64,000 nt of DNA. Origin: a virus. The notes under the pieces were generated by a model. It searched no databases, had not been told where the DNA came from, and saw only the letters and a program-made list of their open reading frames with translations. Positions within the stretch are counted from its first letter, which is position 1; every line of letters begins with the position of its first letter. Both the position numbers and the translations under genes were made by a program. The stretch covers positions 1 to 64,000 of the IMG/VR virus record IMGVR_UViG_3300050821_006672. The stretch is one strand, 5' to 3'. Positions 63,222 through 64,000 of this stretch are shown piece after piece.

Positions 63222-64000
63222 ATGCCTGATTTCCCCAACCAAGTTAACACTGTTCCGGCTCCGGCCGTAGAGGGCGACTTTGCCGACACCAATCCGCGGT
63301 TCACGGCTGCGGCTGGTCCTGGCGGACTGGTCGCGGGTCCTAGTGGCGTTACCATCGGTCGTTTCTGCTGGTTCTTCGGTAGCACTTTCGACCCCGATCA
63401 AACGCCTCAGCAGGTCACGAACACTTTGCAAGGTGTTCAGCCGTTTGGTGGTACCAATGCGACGGCTCAGACTAACGTCGTGGGTCTCGTGGGACGCGCT
63501 CAGCAGGGCCTGATCACTACCTACCTGACGGCCTCGGGAATGCTCATTCCTGCTGGCTTCCCGGTCACGGTGTTCAGCGGTGGCGATTTCTTCGTTAAGA
63601 ATACTGGCACGGGTGCGGCTATCCTTGGAATGAAGGCTTACGCCAACTTCTCCAATGGTGCCGTTACGTTCGCTGCGACGGGTTCTCCCACAACCGGCTC
63701 TTGCACCGGCTCTATCGGCCCGCAGACGGTCTCGTTCACGGGCTCGATCGCCGGTAACGTGCTGACGGTCTCAGCCGTTTCGTCGGGCACGCTCGTCGCA
63801 GGCGCCGTCCTTTCCGGCGGCACAGGTATCGTAACGAACACTACGATCGTCTCGCAGATTTCGGGAACGACGGGAGGTGTTGGAAGCTACGCCGTCAACA
63901 TTCCCGAGCAGACGGTGGCTTCAGCGGGTCTTACAGGCTCCTACGGCCTCCTGACGGTCGCTACGATGACCTCGGGCACCCTTGGGGTAGGCGATACCCT
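63222..64000 (+). CDS. head decoration/cement protein (partial)
   Basis: MPDFPNQVNTVPAPAVEGDFADTNPR...GRFCW; AGGAGG RBS; runs off the window. Confidence 0.7.
   Translation, partial: MPDFPNQVNTVPAPAVEGDFADTNPRFTAAAGPGGLVAGPSGVTIGRFCWFFGSTFDPDQTPQQVTNTLQGVQPFGGTNATAQTNVVGLVGRAQQGLITTYLTASGMLIPAGFPVTVFSGGDFFVKNTGTGAAILGMKAYANFSNGAVTFAATGSPTTGSCTGSIGPQTVSFTGSIAGNVLTVSAVSSGTLVAGAVLSGGTGIVTNTTIVSQISGTTGGVGSYAVNIPEQTVASAGLTGSYGLLTVATMTSGTLGVGDT

Noticed and set aside
1-64000. tRNA, rRNA, integrase or repressor genes
   Set aside because: None recognised by eye; a tRNAscan/Infernal run would be needed to exclude them.

Overview
This window is about 64 kb of a large, apparently lytic tailed-phage (Caudoviricetes) genome; the host is probably an alphaproteobacterium (inference). 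Layout: 1-2.7 kb (+) is the end of a late/lysis operon. 2.7-36.4 kb (-) holds replication and recombination genes (Rad50/Mre11, resolvase, RecA, gp32-like SSB, UvsY-like, DnaX clamp loader, UDG-PolA fusion, beta clamp, primase, SNF2-like and DnaB helicases, ThyX), a 7-deazaguanine DNA-modification set (DpdA/TGT-like, folE, queC, queD), a MoxR/VWA/DUF3150-like module and small early genes. 36.9-40.4 kb (+) is queF, an amidoligase, an LMW phosphatase and queE. 40.4-64 kb (+) holds a NusG paralogue, terminases, portal, head morphogenesis protein, an ~11 kb block of unusual virion genes, a Nudix-DUF2213 protein and a head decoration gene. Main findings: (1) both inteins (in DnaX and in UDG-PolA) lack an in-frame endonuclease and instead carry a complete DUF559/Vsr-like endonuclease gene overprinted inside them, one in the +1 frame and one antisense; (2) the preQ1 pathway is coupled to a COOH-NH2 amidoligase, suggesting an acylated deazaguanine DNA base; (3) PolA has paired substitutions at the steric gate; (4) candidate antisense sRNA and structured leader RNAs. 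All family calls come from motif recognition by eye, not database searches.
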